DNA of 64,000 bases from Escherichia phage UP19. Shown here piece after piece: positions 18,879 through 27,800 of this stretch. The translations under genes and the position numbers were made by a program. The first letter of the stretch is position 1. Each line of letters opens with the position of its first letter. The stretch lies in sequence record OX638288, one strand, 5' to 3'. The notes beneath the pieces were generated by a model. The model was given only the letters and a program-made list of their open reading frames with translations, did no database searches and was not told the DNA's origin.

Positions 18879-19406
18879 ATGAAATTTTTAACTCCCATTT
18901 ATCTAACCTTAATGCACGCCTTCGCTGAACGCGCCATTGAACGTTTAGACTCAGACCAATATACCTGGTACGAACCCACTTCAAGAATGCAAGAGTTTGG
19001 TACTCTTCGACTTGACGGCGGGCGTCAAACAGGTAAAACAAGTGCCCTTGCCCAGTTCGCAGCTGATTGGGTTTCCAAGGGTAATGATGTGATTGTTATG
19101 TCAAGTTCTTCGCATCGCTCACGAGAAATCTGTAATATAATAAAAAGGGTTTCTAAGGCCCAACCACACCTTCAAGTAGAAGGTCCTGGGTTTGTTGTAT
19201 ATGATACCATGCGTTCATTTTTAGACGAAGATAACTTCCATAAGTATCGTGGTCTATCAGTTACTCGATTATTGATTATTATCGAAGAGCCAATGCGCCT
19301 TCCATCGATGGATAAGTTCTATGAAGCTTACCAGGTAATGATTAACAAATTTATGTGCCAGGGTTCTAAACCTCTGCCACTGTTCTTTGTGATAGGAATG
19401 CAATGA
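18879..19406 (+). CDS. P-loop NTPase-like protein
   Basis: 175 aa; Walker A-like GGRQTGKTSA. Confidence 0.55.
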   Translation: MKFLTPIYLTLMHAFAERAIERLDSDQYTWYEPTSRMQEFGTLRLDGGRQTGKTSALAQFAADWVSKGNDVIVMSSSSHRSREICNIIKRVSKAQPHLQVEGPGFVVYDTMRSFLDEDNFHKYRGLSVTRLLIIIEEPMRLPSMDKFYEAYQVMINKFMCQGSKPLPLFFVIGMQ

Positions 19407-19699
19407 TGACTGATGAAGAGCTTTTTGAGTTCTGCTATTTCTCACGTAAGGTTCGAAGAGAGGACCTTACTGCAAATTTCGAATATGCTTATTTCTATCC
19501 ATTAGAATATGTATTCATGACAGGGCCCTTTAAGGGCTCTCGTTTTAGATGTCATGCCCCAAGCATCCGATTAATGAAACAGGTTCCTTACTTCACTCTC
19601 GAGTTCATCTCAGGCCCGTGTAAGGGTATTATTACTCGCAGTCTCTTGACGTATGACCAAGAGATTCATATGATTTCTGACTGGAAAAAATATGTCTAA
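19403..19699 (+). CDS. hypothetical protein
   Basis: 98 aa; ATGA-coupled to upstream ORF. Confidence 0.5.
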   Translation: MMTDEELFEFCYFSRKVRREDLTANFEYAYFYPLEYVFMTGPFKGSRFRCHAPSIRLMKQVPYFTLEFISGPCKGIITRSLLTYDQEIHMISDWKKYV

Positions 19700-19910
19700 A
19701 TTGACAATTGAAGGCTCTGATGCAGTCCTGAAAAGATTTGTTGAATGGTTTAATGGGCCGGGTGAACAAGACTTTCTGGAAGTCTGGAACGGTGGCCAGT
19801 GGAATGGTAAAGAAATAGTTTACCCGACTACTTATATCTCTGTATGTGGTGGGATCGACGGCCTTCGTTTGGTAGAATATGATATTGCAACAGGTGAGGA
19901 AGTGAAATGA
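19692..19910 (+). CDS. hypothetical protein
   Basis: 72 aa; translationally coupled. Confidence 0.5.
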   Translation: MSKLTIEGSDAVLKRFVEWFNGPGEQDFLEVWNGGQWNGKEIVYPTTYISVCGGIDGLRLVEYDIATGEEVK

Positions 19911-20185
19911 TTGAAGATATCAAAGGTTACAAGCCACATACCGACGATAAAATCGGTAAAGTGAATGCCATTAAAGATGCTGAAGTCCGATTAGGCTTAA
20001 TCTTTAAAGCATTAGAAGAAGAATATGTTGAAGCCTTTACATGCTCAGGTGTTGATAAAATGAGTGATGAAGAATTCAACCTCACCCATGAACGCCTCGC
20101 CCAGATTCGTACGGCAATCGAACGCTTGAAAGAAGCTTCTATGTGGGCGTGTCGTTCCGTTTTCCAGCCCGAGGAAAAATACTAA
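19907..20185 (+). CDS. hypothetical protein
   Basis: 92 aa; translationally coupled. Confidence 0.5.
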   Translation: MIEDIKGYKPHTDDKIGKVNAIKDAEVRLGLIFKALEEEYVEAFTCSGVDKMSDEEFNLTHERLAQIRTAIERLKEASMWACRSVFQPEEKY

Positions 20186-20190
20186 AAGCA

Positions 20191-20240
20191 GTTTACATCT
20201 CCTGTAGACGTGGTACTATAGACCTATCAACTACAGGAGA
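20191..20240 (+). promoter_or_regulatory. early promoter / stem-loop cassette (PeSL-like)
   Basis: gtttacatctcctgtagacgtggtactatagacctatcaactacaggaga; perfect 10-bp arms tctcctgtag / ctacaggaga. Confidence 0.65.
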
Positions 20241-20247
20241 TTACAAA

Positions 20248-20706
20248 ATGTCAGAAATTAATTCAGAAGTATTCATCCGCCGCAACAAATTACGTCGACA
20301 GTTCGAAACCGAATTTCGTGAACTTAACGCGTCCATCAAAAAAGCCGCCATTAAGAGTGGTGTCCCAGCTTTCTTTATTAAGTACTCTAATCACTTGTTG
20401 GACCGTGCTATCCAACGTGAAATTGACGAAAAATATGTTTTCTCTTTGTTCAAGAAGCTCCACAATCATGTTAAAGAAATCCATGAATTTTTAATCCAGG
20501 AGCCTCTTCCTGACGTAGAATCTGAAATTGTCCCGGGTAAAGTGTATCGACCACTGCGTCTCGAGATTACCGATAAAACCTTATGGTTAGGTATGACCGT
20601 AGATCGTAAACATCCTGATAAAGGATATTCATTAAAATGCCGTATGGCATTTGTTAACTCTAAACGTTTAGAAGGTAAAACCAGCACTAAAGTAATCTAT
20701 CTTTAA
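20248..20706 (+). CDS. regB: RegB site-specific endoribonuclease
   Basis: 152 aa MSEINSEVFIRRNKLRRQFETEFR...HLLDRAIQREIDE...; like T4 RegB. Confidence 0.9.
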   Translation: MSEINSEVFIRRNKLRRQFETEFRELNASIKKAAIKSGVPAFFIKYSNHLLDRAIQREIDEKYVFSLFKKLHNHVKEIHEFLIQEPLPDVESEIVPGKVYRPLRLEITDKTLWLGMTVDRKHPDKGYSLKCRMAFVNSKRLEGKTSTKVIYL

Positions 20707-20718
20707 TAATGAGGTCTC

Positions 20719-21258
20719 ATGAAAAAAGTATTAGCCACTTTACTATTGACAGTTAGTATGTCTGCCTATAGCGTAGAGCCTACTTTCAGTAATGAACAAC
20801 TCGATAATTTACATTATGCGTATGCTTTCGGTGAACAATACCAAAAGTCGGGAAAGTTCAAAGAAAACCCTAATCAAAAAGGATTAGGATATATAATGGC
20901 CGGATTATTATGGCAGGAATCATCTGCTGGAATTAATCAAGGTTTAAATAAAGATAAGCACCATGCTTATGGCATGTTCCAAAATTACTTGCCTACGTTA
21001 AGAAGTCGTGTTCAACAGGTAGGTTGGAAGATGTCAGACAAAGAAATAATTCGTATGGTCCAAAAACGACAGAACAGTGCCTCTTGGGCCTACATTGAAC
21101 TGTCTTATTGGATTGATGTTCACAAAGGTGACCTGAGAAAAGCGATTGCTTCTTATAATGCGGGCTGGAATGTCAAAGCAGGCAGTAAATATGCTTCCGA
21201 AGTTCTAGAAAAGGCCAATTACCTAAAATCTAAAAAGATGTTTGAGGCGGTATATTAA
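20719..21258 (+). CDS. secreted lytic-transglycosylase-like protein
   Basis: Signal peptide MKKVLATLLLTVSMSAYS; LLWQESSAG resembles SLT catalytic E-S motif. Confidence 0.55.
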   Translation: MKKVLATLLLTVSMSAYSVEPTFSNEQLDNLHYAYAFGEQYQKSGKFKENPNQKGLGYIMAGLLWQESSAGINQGLNKDKHHAYGMFQNYLPTLRSRVQQVGWKMSDKEIIRMVQKRQNSASWAYIELSYWIDVHKGDLRKAIASYNAGWNVKAGSKYASEVLEKANYLKSKKMFEAVY

Positions 21259-21615
21259 ATGATTAAACAGATGACTATAGCGCTTATGTTTATTGCTCCG
21301 GGAGTATTAGCATCACAGGTTGATGATACAAATAATTCAATTGTCGAGTATGCCACCCGTACAGCAAAAGATTATTGTCATCCGAGTAATACTGAATGTG
21401 TTATTGAATTCAGTTCAAAAATAACAGCTGCTTTTAAAGATGGACAGAACGACGTCGAGCATCGCCGAATGAAAGAGAAAACTCTTTCTAAAAGATACGA
21501 GCAACGTCTAAACGTTACTGAATGTGTTCCATCTGATAAAAAGTACAAAGAAATGTGCGCGTCTATGGTAGACAGACTCGTTGACTCTTACAACCGAGGG
21601 CTAAACTCTAAATGA
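21259..21615 (+). CDS. secreted/periplasmic hypothetical protein
   Basis: 118 aa; N-terminal signal peptide. Confidence 0.5.
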   Translation: MIKQMTIALMFIAPGVLASQVDDTNNSIVEYATRTAKDYCHPSNTECVIEFSSKITAAFKDGQNDVEHRRMKEKTLSKRYEQRLNVTECVPSDKKYKEMCASMVDRLVDSYNRGLNSK

Positions 21616-22079
21616 TTATTGATTATATTAAGGGCGATATCGTCGCCCTGTTTCTTCAAGGCAATAATGTTGCACACGGGTGTAACTGCTTTCACACAAT
21701 GGGTTCAGGTGTAGCAGGTCAATTGGCTAAGGCGTATCCACCTATTCTTGCTATCGATAAAACCACTTATTTAGGTGATATAGCAAAACTTGGAACATAT
21801 ACCCAAGCCACAGGTAATAATGGACAAATTTGCTATAATTTATACACCCAATACGAACCAGGCCCTAATCTTGATTACGGTGCTTTAGTAAACTGTATGA
21901 TAGAATTAAACCATACTTCAAAAGGTCTTTTGTTTAAACCGAGAATTTATATTCCTCGCATTGGCTGTGGTATTGCTGGTGGTGATTGGGACAAGGTTTA
22001 TCAATTGATTAATTTGTTTACTCCTGATATTAATTTAGTGGTGGTAGATTATGAAAGCTCATTATCCGCATCCGTTTGA
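21612..22079 (+). CDS. macro-domain protein (ADP-ribose binding/processing), tentative
   Basis: 155 aa; KGDIV...VAHGCNCFHTMGSGVAGQLA...IPRIGCGIAGG parallels the GDIT...NAAN...GGGVA...SAGIYG macro-domain layout. Confidence 0.55.
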   Translation: MIIDYIKGDIVALFLQGNNVAHGCNCFHTMGSGVAGQLAKAYPPILAIDKTTYLGDIAKLGTYTQATGNNGQICYNLYTQYEPGPNLDYGALVNCMIELNHTSKGLLFKPRIYIPRIGCGIAGGDWDKVYQLINLFTPDINLVVVDYESSLSASV

Positions 22080-22263
22080 CCCTAAAAACAAAGCGGAAAT
22101 TATTCGCCGCTGGACCGAAACCCGAGTAACTAAATGCCCTATAAAAAGTCATCACAATACTGATAAATGGTATATAGGTGAATATGTTGAATATACTTTT
22201 ATAGATAAAAATAAACGTAAACAGTATGTAGAAGAATACTGCTTAAAGGTGCAATGGTTATGA
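22051..22263 (+). CDS. hypothetical protein
   Basis: 70 aa ORF. Confidence 0.45.
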   Translation: MKAHYPHPFDPKNKAEIIRRWTETRVTKCPIKSHHNTDKWYIGEYVEYTFIDKNKRKQYVEEYCLKVQWL

Positions 22264-22466
22264 GCCAAACCCGAATTCTTAAAACGGCTAAATGTGAAAA
22301 ATGTGAATGGCCGGTAATCGCAGCTTTATGCAACGATGAAATGGAATGTGAATTTGATTACTGGTGGTACTGTTCTAATAAAGGATGTTCTAATCATAAG
22401 GGTGAAGGTTTTCATTCCGGTTATTGCGAACATCCTAAATTTGTGCGATATGGTGAACCTAAATGA
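22254..22466 (+). CDS. Cys-rich small protein (putative zinc-binding)
   Basis: 70 aa with CEKCEW...CNDEMEC...CSNKGCSNH...C. Confidence 0.5.
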   Translation: MVMSQTRILKTAKCEKCEWPVIAALCNDEMECEFDYWWYCSNKGCSNHKGEGFHSGYCEHPKFVRYGEPK

Positions 22467-22648
22467 GTTTAAGTATTAGTCAGAAAAGTAGATTGTTTGA
22501 GCTTATCCATGAGCTTTTGGATGAGCATACAGAAGCAAACGCTTTTTACGATGAATATGGCCCGCTATCTCCCGAACAGCAAGAAGAATTTGCTGATCGG
22601 TTTGATGAGAAAGAAAACGAATTAATAGCTTATGTGAATACGCTTTAA
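22463..22648 (+). CDS. hypothetical acidic protein
   Basis: 61 aa ORF. Confidence 0.45.
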   Translation: MSLSISQKSRLFELIHELLDEHTEANAFYDEYGPLSPEQQEEFADRFDEKENELIAYVNTL

Positions 22649-22657
22649 GAAGGTAAT

Positions 22658-23230
22658 ATGGCTCAACTTTATTTTCATTATGCGGCAATGAACTCAGGTA
22701 AGACCGCTTCATTGCTAACGGCAGCTCATAACTACAAAGAACGCGGTATGAGCGTGCTCCTTTTAAAGCCTGCGATAGACAATAGAGAATCAAGCCATAC
22801 CATTTCGTCTCGTATAGGGATTAGTCAAGAGGCTAATGCGGTGACTCCGGATATGGACCTATACGAGTTCTATCGTTGGGCTGAATCTCAAAAAGATATC
22901 CACTGTGTGTTTGTGGATGAAGCACAATTCTTAGAACCTGCACAGATAAAACAACTGGCAAAGATAGTAGACAATTATAATGTTCCAGTTATGTGTTATG
23001 GGCTAAGAACTGATTTTCAGGGTAAACTGTTTCCTGGTTCTGCTGAATTACTCGCTACGGCAGATAAACTCGTTGAGTACAAAGGTGTGTGCCATTGCGG
23101 CCGTAAAGCTACTATGACTGCTAGGGTCCAAGATGGTGTCGCAATTAAGGACGGAGCCCAAGTTTCTATAGGTGGCAACGATTCTTACGTGTCATTGTGC
23201 AGGAAGCACTGGATAGAAATAACGAGTTGA
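22658..23230 (+). CDS. tk: thymidine kinase
   Basis: P-loop AAMNSGKTASLL; C-terminal zinc ribbon CHCGRKAT...C; like T4 tk. Confidence 0.9.
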   Translation: MAQLYFHYAAMNSGKTASLLTAAHNYKERGMSVLLLKPAIDNRESSHTISSRIGISQEANAVTPDMDLYEFYRWAESQKDIHCVFVDEAQFLEPAQIKQLAKIVDNYNVPVMCYGLRTDFQGKLFPGSAELLATADKLVEYKGVCHCGRKATMTARVQDGVAIKDGAQVSIGGNDSYVSLCRKHWIEITS

Positions 23231-23237
23231 GGGTACT

Positions 23238-23516
23238 ATGGACCTAAATTCAAAGATTTTAATTCTAGCGTTCGCTGTGGCCATCTCTTATATTGTTCTT
23301 TCGCCCATCATGGATGATGCGGCTTACAAAAGAGAGATAGAAGTTGTAGCAGCGACGTATAATGCTAATAATAAAGAATGCCCTAATAAAAATGGAATGG
23401 ATTTAATTAAAGCACATTATATGCTTTCCATTACCTCGCCTATACAGAGGAATTGGGTTGAATATAATTTTAACGACGTGTTCTATTCTTATTGTCGTAA
23501 GCTTAAAAAGCTATAA
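23238..23516 (+). CDS. small membrane protein
   Basis: 92 aa; N-terminal hydrophobic segment. Confidence 0.5.
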   Translation: MDLNSKILILAFAVAISYIVLSPIMDDAAYKREIEVVAATYNANNKECPNKNGMDLIKAHYMLSITSPIQRNWVEYNFNDVFYSYCRKLKKL

Positions 23517-23519
23517 ATA
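23512..23519 (+). promoter_or_regulatory. late promoter TATAAATA
   Basis: Exact TATAAATA about 90 nt upstream of rI. Confidence 0.45.
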
Positions 23520-23609
23520 GTAATACTAACCGTAGAGCTTTAGCTTTTGGTAATCGCTATCGGTTAAGGCCGAAAGGCAAATTCGTATAAAATAACAAAG
23601 GACTTTTGT

Positions 23610-23903
23610 ATGGGTATTTTCCGTACAGTGGCTTGTATCCTTATGATTGGATGTTTAAGCCCAACATCTTCACTAGCAAACAAATCCGACCCTAAATTGA
23701 TGGACGCCTTTGCTAGTAGTGCGATGCCAGTTTATGCGCAAATGAGTAAACCTAGTGTAAAGGCCTCCGAAGACTACTGGGCTTATGTAACTGCTTCTTG
23801 GAAAATTTCAAATTGCAATACAATAGAGTCTTGCTCGATTGAAGGTCAGGCTATCGGAGAACGATACGCTAAACTAATGAAGGTAGATGATGAAATTCAA
23901 TGA
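23610..23903 (+). CDS. rI: lysis inhibition regulator RI-like (periplasmic antiholin)
   Basis: 97 aa, same as T4 RI; N-terminal signal-anchor; C-terminal ...CSIEGQAIGERYAKLM resembles T4 RI; near tk as in T4. Confidence 0.65.
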   Translation: MGIFRTVACILMIGCLSPTSSLANKSDPKLMDAFASSAMPVYAQMSKPSVKASEDYWAYVTASWKISNCNTIESCSIEGQAIGERYAKLMKVDDEIQ

Positions 23904-24273
23904 TTTCGTACTTAGTCGAGGGACTGAAGTAGATTCTTATATTGGTTGGCTGTTGGTTTCTTTAGCCTATTTTAAGTCAGCCCATTTGGAAACCAAAAGC
24001 TATGCAAGACACAAAGCATATGACTTCTATTATACAGAAGTTCAAGGACCACTAGACCAGTTCAGTGAACAGTATTTAGGATTTAGTGGCAAAGAATATA
24101 AAGCATCACTACCATCTGCTTCAGAACTGCCTAAAGACCCCATAGATTTTCTTGATGAACTTATTAAAGCGTCTGATAAAATCTACAAAAATCTTCCTAA
24201 GGCCATCCAATCGACTTTGGACGACATCACTGGTGTCTTTTACCAGACTAAGTATTTGTTAACGTTAGAATAA
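23887..24273 (+). CDS. hypothetical protein
   Basis: 128 aa; followed by terminator. Confidence 0.5.
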   Translation: MMKFNDFVLSRGTEVDSYIGWLLVSLAYFKSAHLETKSYARHKAYDFYYTEVQGPLDQFSEQYLGFSGKEYKASLPSASELPKDPIDFLDELIKASDKIYKNLPKAIQSTLDDITGVFYQTKYLLTLE

Positions 24274-24278
24274 TCAAA

Positions 24279-24305
24279 GGTCTCACTTCGGTGGGACCTT
24301 TTTTC
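24279..24305 (+). terminator. rho-independent terminator (UUCG tetraloop)
   Basis: aggtctcac-ttcg-gtgggacct followed by T6. Confidence 0.7.
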
Positions 24306-24313
24306 GTTTTAGT

Positions 24314-24353
24314 GTTTACTTCCTCTAGGAACGTGATACTATAGACCTATCAA
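24314..24353 (+). promoter_or_regulatory. early promoter / stem-loop cassette (PeSL-like)
   Basis: gtttacttcctctaggaacgtgatactatagacctatcaa; cctc / gagg arms around SD. Confidence 0.6.
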
Positions 24354-24370
24354 CTAATGAGGAGAACAGT

Positions 24371-24607
24371 ATGAAACTTACAAGTACTACGGTTTCATTG
24401 GAATATGAAATCAATAACCGCCTCCTTGAGATTAAGATATTCGACGACCGAAGTATCTTTGCTGACTACCGAGGGTACAGAATTCGCCTAGAAAAGGACG
24501 AGCTCAAGGAACCACGGCTCCTTAAAGACACATTAAAGGGATGTGGGTGTAAGCTGAAGACCACTCAAGCCCAAGAATTAATTTCTACTATCAACAAATA
24601 CTGGTGA
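24371..24607 (+). CDS. hypothetical protein
   Basis: 78 aa; SD gaggag upstream. Confidence 0.5.
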   Translation: MKLTSTTVSLEYEINNRLLEIKIFDDRSIFADYRGYRIRLEKDELKEPRLLKDTLKGCGCKLKTTQAQELISTINKYW

Positions 24608-24611
24608 TATT

Positions 24612-24794
24612 ATGTTAACTACTGAACAGATTGAGAAAATTATTAAACTCGCCCAGCATATTGAAAACGCATCCAATGACCTAGCTGTTGAATATTGCGA
24701 AGGTTATTCATATTCTGGAATAGAGCAGTGTAAACGAGATTTGGCTAACTCCAAAGCGGCCTTGGCTGAGTATCTTAATGAGTTGAAAGCATAA
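24612..24794 (+). CDS. hypothetical protein
   Basis: 60 aa ORF. Confidence 0.45.
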   Translation: MLTTEQIEKIIKLAQHIENASNDLAVEYCEGYSYSGIEQCKRDLANSKAALAEYLNELKA

Positions 24795-25051
24795 TGGCTG
24801 TTGGATTTGCTAAGGACGGAGCCGAACAGCTCGAAATGGAAGCGGTCGTTCAGGCCGCTATAGTACACGCCCGTAAGCAAGTAGCAGTTGAACGTGAATC
24901 GGCTAAATATTGTTTTGATTGTGATGAAGAGATTCCTGAAGCACGACGTCAAGCTATCAAAGGTGTGATATATTGTATAGGTTGTCAGTCAATGCATGAT
25001 GAAATTTTTAAACGTGAGCCACGTAACTGTTGGCACAGGAGCATGAGATGA
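24794..25051 (+). CDS. DksA/TraR-type C4 zinc-finger protein
   Basis: CFDCDEEIPEARRQAIKGVIYCIGC: CxxC-17-CxxC spacing typical of DksA/TraR. Confidence 0.6.
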   Translation: MAVGFAKDGAEQLEMEAVVQAAIVHARKQVAVERESAKYCFDCDEEIPEARRQAIKGVIYCIGCQSMHDEIFKREPRNCWHRSMR

Positions 25052-25142
25052 TTTACTATCTTGAACCTTGGGCTTGGCTTACAATGCTTATTGGTCCAGT
25101 TTTAATAGGTTTATTCTTTTCATGGCTAGCGAGGAAACTGTA

Positions 25143-25340
25143 ATGTTATACGACCCAAGTGGTAATTCTGAAGACGGTATTATTGTCCTTTTGGCAGATG
25201 TTGAAGAGTCTGACGATGACATTTTTGTTAAAGATTGGGAAGAAAAAGGCGGAATCACGCTCCAACAAGAAAATGATATGATTTGTCTGAATGCGAGCCA
25301 AGTCGAAGAACTGTACAGTATTTTAAAACACAACCGTTGA
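25143..25340 (+). CDS. hypothetical acidic protein
   Basis: ATG 25143; 65 aa. Confidence 0.45.
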   Translation: MLYDPSGNSEDGIIVLLADVEESDDDIFVKDWEEKGGITLQQENDMICLNASQVEELYSILKHNR

Positions 25341-25350
25341 GGAACAGAAA

Positions 25351-25911
25351 ATGATTATTGAAACAACTGAATTGTTTGGCGAACTGACCGCTGAAGTAGT
25401 TAATAATGCAATTGAGCTTTGTCAAGAAGACGATAAAATCGTACTGACTATCCAAGATATTAAACCACTTTATGATTTAAAGGTTTTGGATAAAGATGGG
25501 TATCTTGATGGACGCCATAGAGCATCGTTTGATATTAACGACGATGTATGGGCCCAGATTTATAAAAATGAAGACGGATTTAATATCGAAACTGATACTG
25601 AATGTCTAAGCATTAGGAATTCTAGTAATTTCTTTAAATGTATTTTTAAACTGTTCCAGGAAGAATGCAAGCCAGAAGTTGAATGGAAAGTTCCAGGTCA
25701 AGATGCAGTGATTCGTTCTAGTGAAACATTTGAAGGTGATGAAGAAGAACTGGATTATGATACCGAATTAACCGTGTATCAACACCAGGGTCGTGATTTG
25801 CTATCCTTGACCCAAAGACACGACGGTGAAAATGAAGTGGTATTTACTAAAGACGAGCTAAAAGTTTTAGTCTCTTATCTGAACTCTGTTATCCCAACTA
25901 TGAACCCTTAA
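25351..25911 (+). CDS. hypothetical acidic protein
   Basis: 186 aa ORF. Confidence 0.5.
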   Translation: MIIETTELFGELTAEVVNNAIELCQEDDKIVLTIQDIKPLYDLKVLDKDGYLDGRHRASFDINDDVWAQIYKNEDGFNIETDTECLSIRNSSNFFKCIFKLFQEECKPEVEWKVPGQDAVIRSSETFEGDEEELDYDTELTVYQHQGRDLLSLTQRHDGENEVVFTKDELKVLVSYLNSVIPTMNP

Positions 25912-25921
25912 GGAAAATATT

Positions 25922-26374
25922 ATGATTATCAATTCAAACTCTTGGCACGTTAAATTACACGACCGTTTTTATGACCGTCATTCTCGACCACACTCTTTGT
26001 GTGCTTATTTCTGGAAAATGGTTTGGGCTTGTTTTGCTTGTGCTGTTGTTGCAGGTAGTACGCTTTTTGGATTAACTGTTGCAGGAGCTGGTGTATTAGA
26101 GCATTTCTTTGTATTAAGTACTCCTGTTCTGTTGAGTCTAGGGTTTGTTTTAGGGTTGATTGCAATAGCTCTTATTATTGCTCTATCCATTGGTTTGGCA
26201 TTAGGTGCGATGAATTTACACGCGTGGTATGATGCACGTAGAGAAGAAAAGGAATGGCAACGTATTCAAGCTGAGCGTGAAGGCCGAGAAACTAAAGAAA
26301 ATATCGTCGTCCAATACATTAAAGCTCGTAAATCTAAGATGTGTCCTGTAATTCACTTCGAGAACAAAGAATGA
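25922..26374 (+). CDS. membrane protein
   Basis: 150 aa; two to three TM helices. Confidence 0.5.
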   Translation: MIINSNSWHVKLHDRFYDRHSRPHSLCAYFWKMVWACFACAVVAGSTLFGLTVAGAGVLEHFFVLSTPVLLSLGFVLGLIAIALIIALSIGLALGAMNLHAWYDARREEKEWQRIQAEREGRETKENIVVQYIKARKSKMCPVIHFENKE

Positions 26375-27381
26375 GAACAGTTATGAAAGGCTACTTCGGT
26401 AGCCATCTTTATGGAACAAGTACTCCGGAATCTGATGTCGATTTTAAAGAAATCTTTGTTCCACATCCGCGTGATATTCTGTTAGGTACGGCAATGAATC
26501 ATACCAACCTGAACACGAATAACACTGCTTCCAAAAACACTAAAGATGATGTTGACCATGAGCTTTACAGCCTGAAATATTTCTTTAAACTGGCTGCTGA
26601 AGGCGAAACCGTTGCTCTGGATATGCTCCACACTCCGCCTGAAATGGTGGTTAAATCCGATTTACCTGATGTATGGAAATTTATCCAAGATAACCGTTCG
26701 CGTTTCTATACAACTAACATGAAAGCCTATTTAGGGTACGTTCGTAAGCAAGCTTCTAAATATGGTGTTAAGGGTTCTCGTCTGGCTGCTCTGCGTGGTG
26801 TACTGGCTATCGTTAACCAGATTCCTGAACAGTGGGTTGATTATCAAGAAGATGGTTCTACTAAGCAACGACGTACTAAGGTAGAAGATATTAAGCACCG
26901 GCTCCCTGAAAACGAGTTCTGTGAATGGGTATTTCATAACCACGAGAAAACAGGTCCTCAAACGTTCTATACTGTCCTCGGACGTAAGTACCAAACTACT
27001 CTGTCATTGGTCGAGCTTAAGCAATCTCTGAATAAACTTGATGCAGAATATGGCGAACGTGCTCGTAAGGCTGAAGCTAATGAAGGTATTGACTGGAAAG
27101 CTCTGAGCCATGCTTATCGTGCTGGATATCAGTTGAAGGAAATCTATATGACCGGTGACCTTCAATATCCTTTACGAACAGCACCATTTATCCTTGAAAT
27201 CAAACAGGGGCTACATGCTTTTAAAGATGTACAGGCTGAGCTCGAAGCTATAGTTGATGAAGTCGAAACCAATGCCATCTGGGCAGCTAAGAACGGTATG
27301 CCTGATAAGGTAGATATGAAGTTCTGGGACAAGTTCGTTGAGCAGGTTTACCTAGAAAACCATAACTCGTATTATAAATGA
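26371..27381 (+). CDS. Pol-beta-superfamily nucleotidyltransferase-like protein
   Basis: ATG 26371 (ATGA coupling); YFGSHLYGTSTPESDVDF fits hG[GS]-x10-DxD minimal NTase motif. Confidence 0.55.
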   Translation: MRTVMKGYFGSHLYGTSTPESDVDFKEIFVPHPRDILLGTAMNHTNLNTNNTASKNTKDDVDHELYSLKYFFKLAAEGETVALDMLHTPPEMVVKSDLPDVWKFIQDNRSRFYTTNMKAYLGYVRKQASKYGVKGSRLAALRGVLAIVNQIPEQWVDYQEDGSTKQRRTKVEDIKHRLPENEFCEWVFHNHEKTGPQTFYTVLGRKYQTTLSLVELKQSLNKLDAEYGERARKAEANEGIDWKALSHAYRAGYQLKEIYMTGDLQYPLRTAPFILEIKQGLHAFKDVQAELEAIVDEVETNAIWAAKNGMPDKVDMKFWDKFVEQVYLENHNSYYK

Positions 27382-27385
27382 TAAA

Positions 27386-27405
27386 AGGCCTTCGGGCCTT
27401 TTTTG
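27386..27405 (+). terminator. rho-independent terminator (UUCG tetraloop)
   Basis: aggcc-ttcg-ggcct followed by T6. Confidence 0.7.
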
Positions 27406-27423
27406 GGTTTAGTGCAAAAAAGT

Positions 27424-27465
27424 AGTGTACATCTGCTTTAAACATGTTATTATAGACCTATCAGC
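27424..27465 (+). promoter_or_regulatory. early promoter cassette variant
   Basis: gtgtacatctgctttaaacatgttattatagacctatcag; also contains TGCTTTA. Confidence 0.5.
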
Positions 27466-27503
27466 TAAAGAGCTGAAAACTTAAACCAAACGGAGATATA
27501 AAA

Positions 27504-27734
27504 ATGTACGCTATCAAAAATTACAAATACGGTTCTTACACTACTAACTTGATCGCTCTGGAAGATACCTTTAAAGCTGATCGTGCTGAAGAATATGAAA
27601 TTATTGAAGCTGTAACTAAAAACAAAGGTAAACAAGTTGTTATGCCTAATGGCCGTAAAGCTGCTCTTTATACAGTAAATGGTGAAACATGGGCCCGCTA
27701 TAAAGATGGCTTCTGTGAAATTATTGCAAAATAA
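27504..27734 (+). CDS. hypothetical small protein
   Basis: 76 aa; SD ggaga upstream. Confidence 0.5.
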   Translation: MYAIKNYKYGSYTTNLIALEDTFKADRAEEYEIIEAVTKNKGKQVVMPNGRKAALYTVNGETWARYKDGFCEIIAK

Positions 27735-27735
27735 G

Positions 27736-27777
27736 TGTGTACATCCATTTCAAACATGTTATTATAGACCTATCAAA
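27736..27777 (+). promoter_or_regulatory. early promoter cassette variant
   Basis: gtgtgtacatccatttcaaacatgttattatagacctatcaa. Confidence 0.5.
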
Positions 27778-27800
27778 TCTACTGAGTGAAGGAGAATAAA

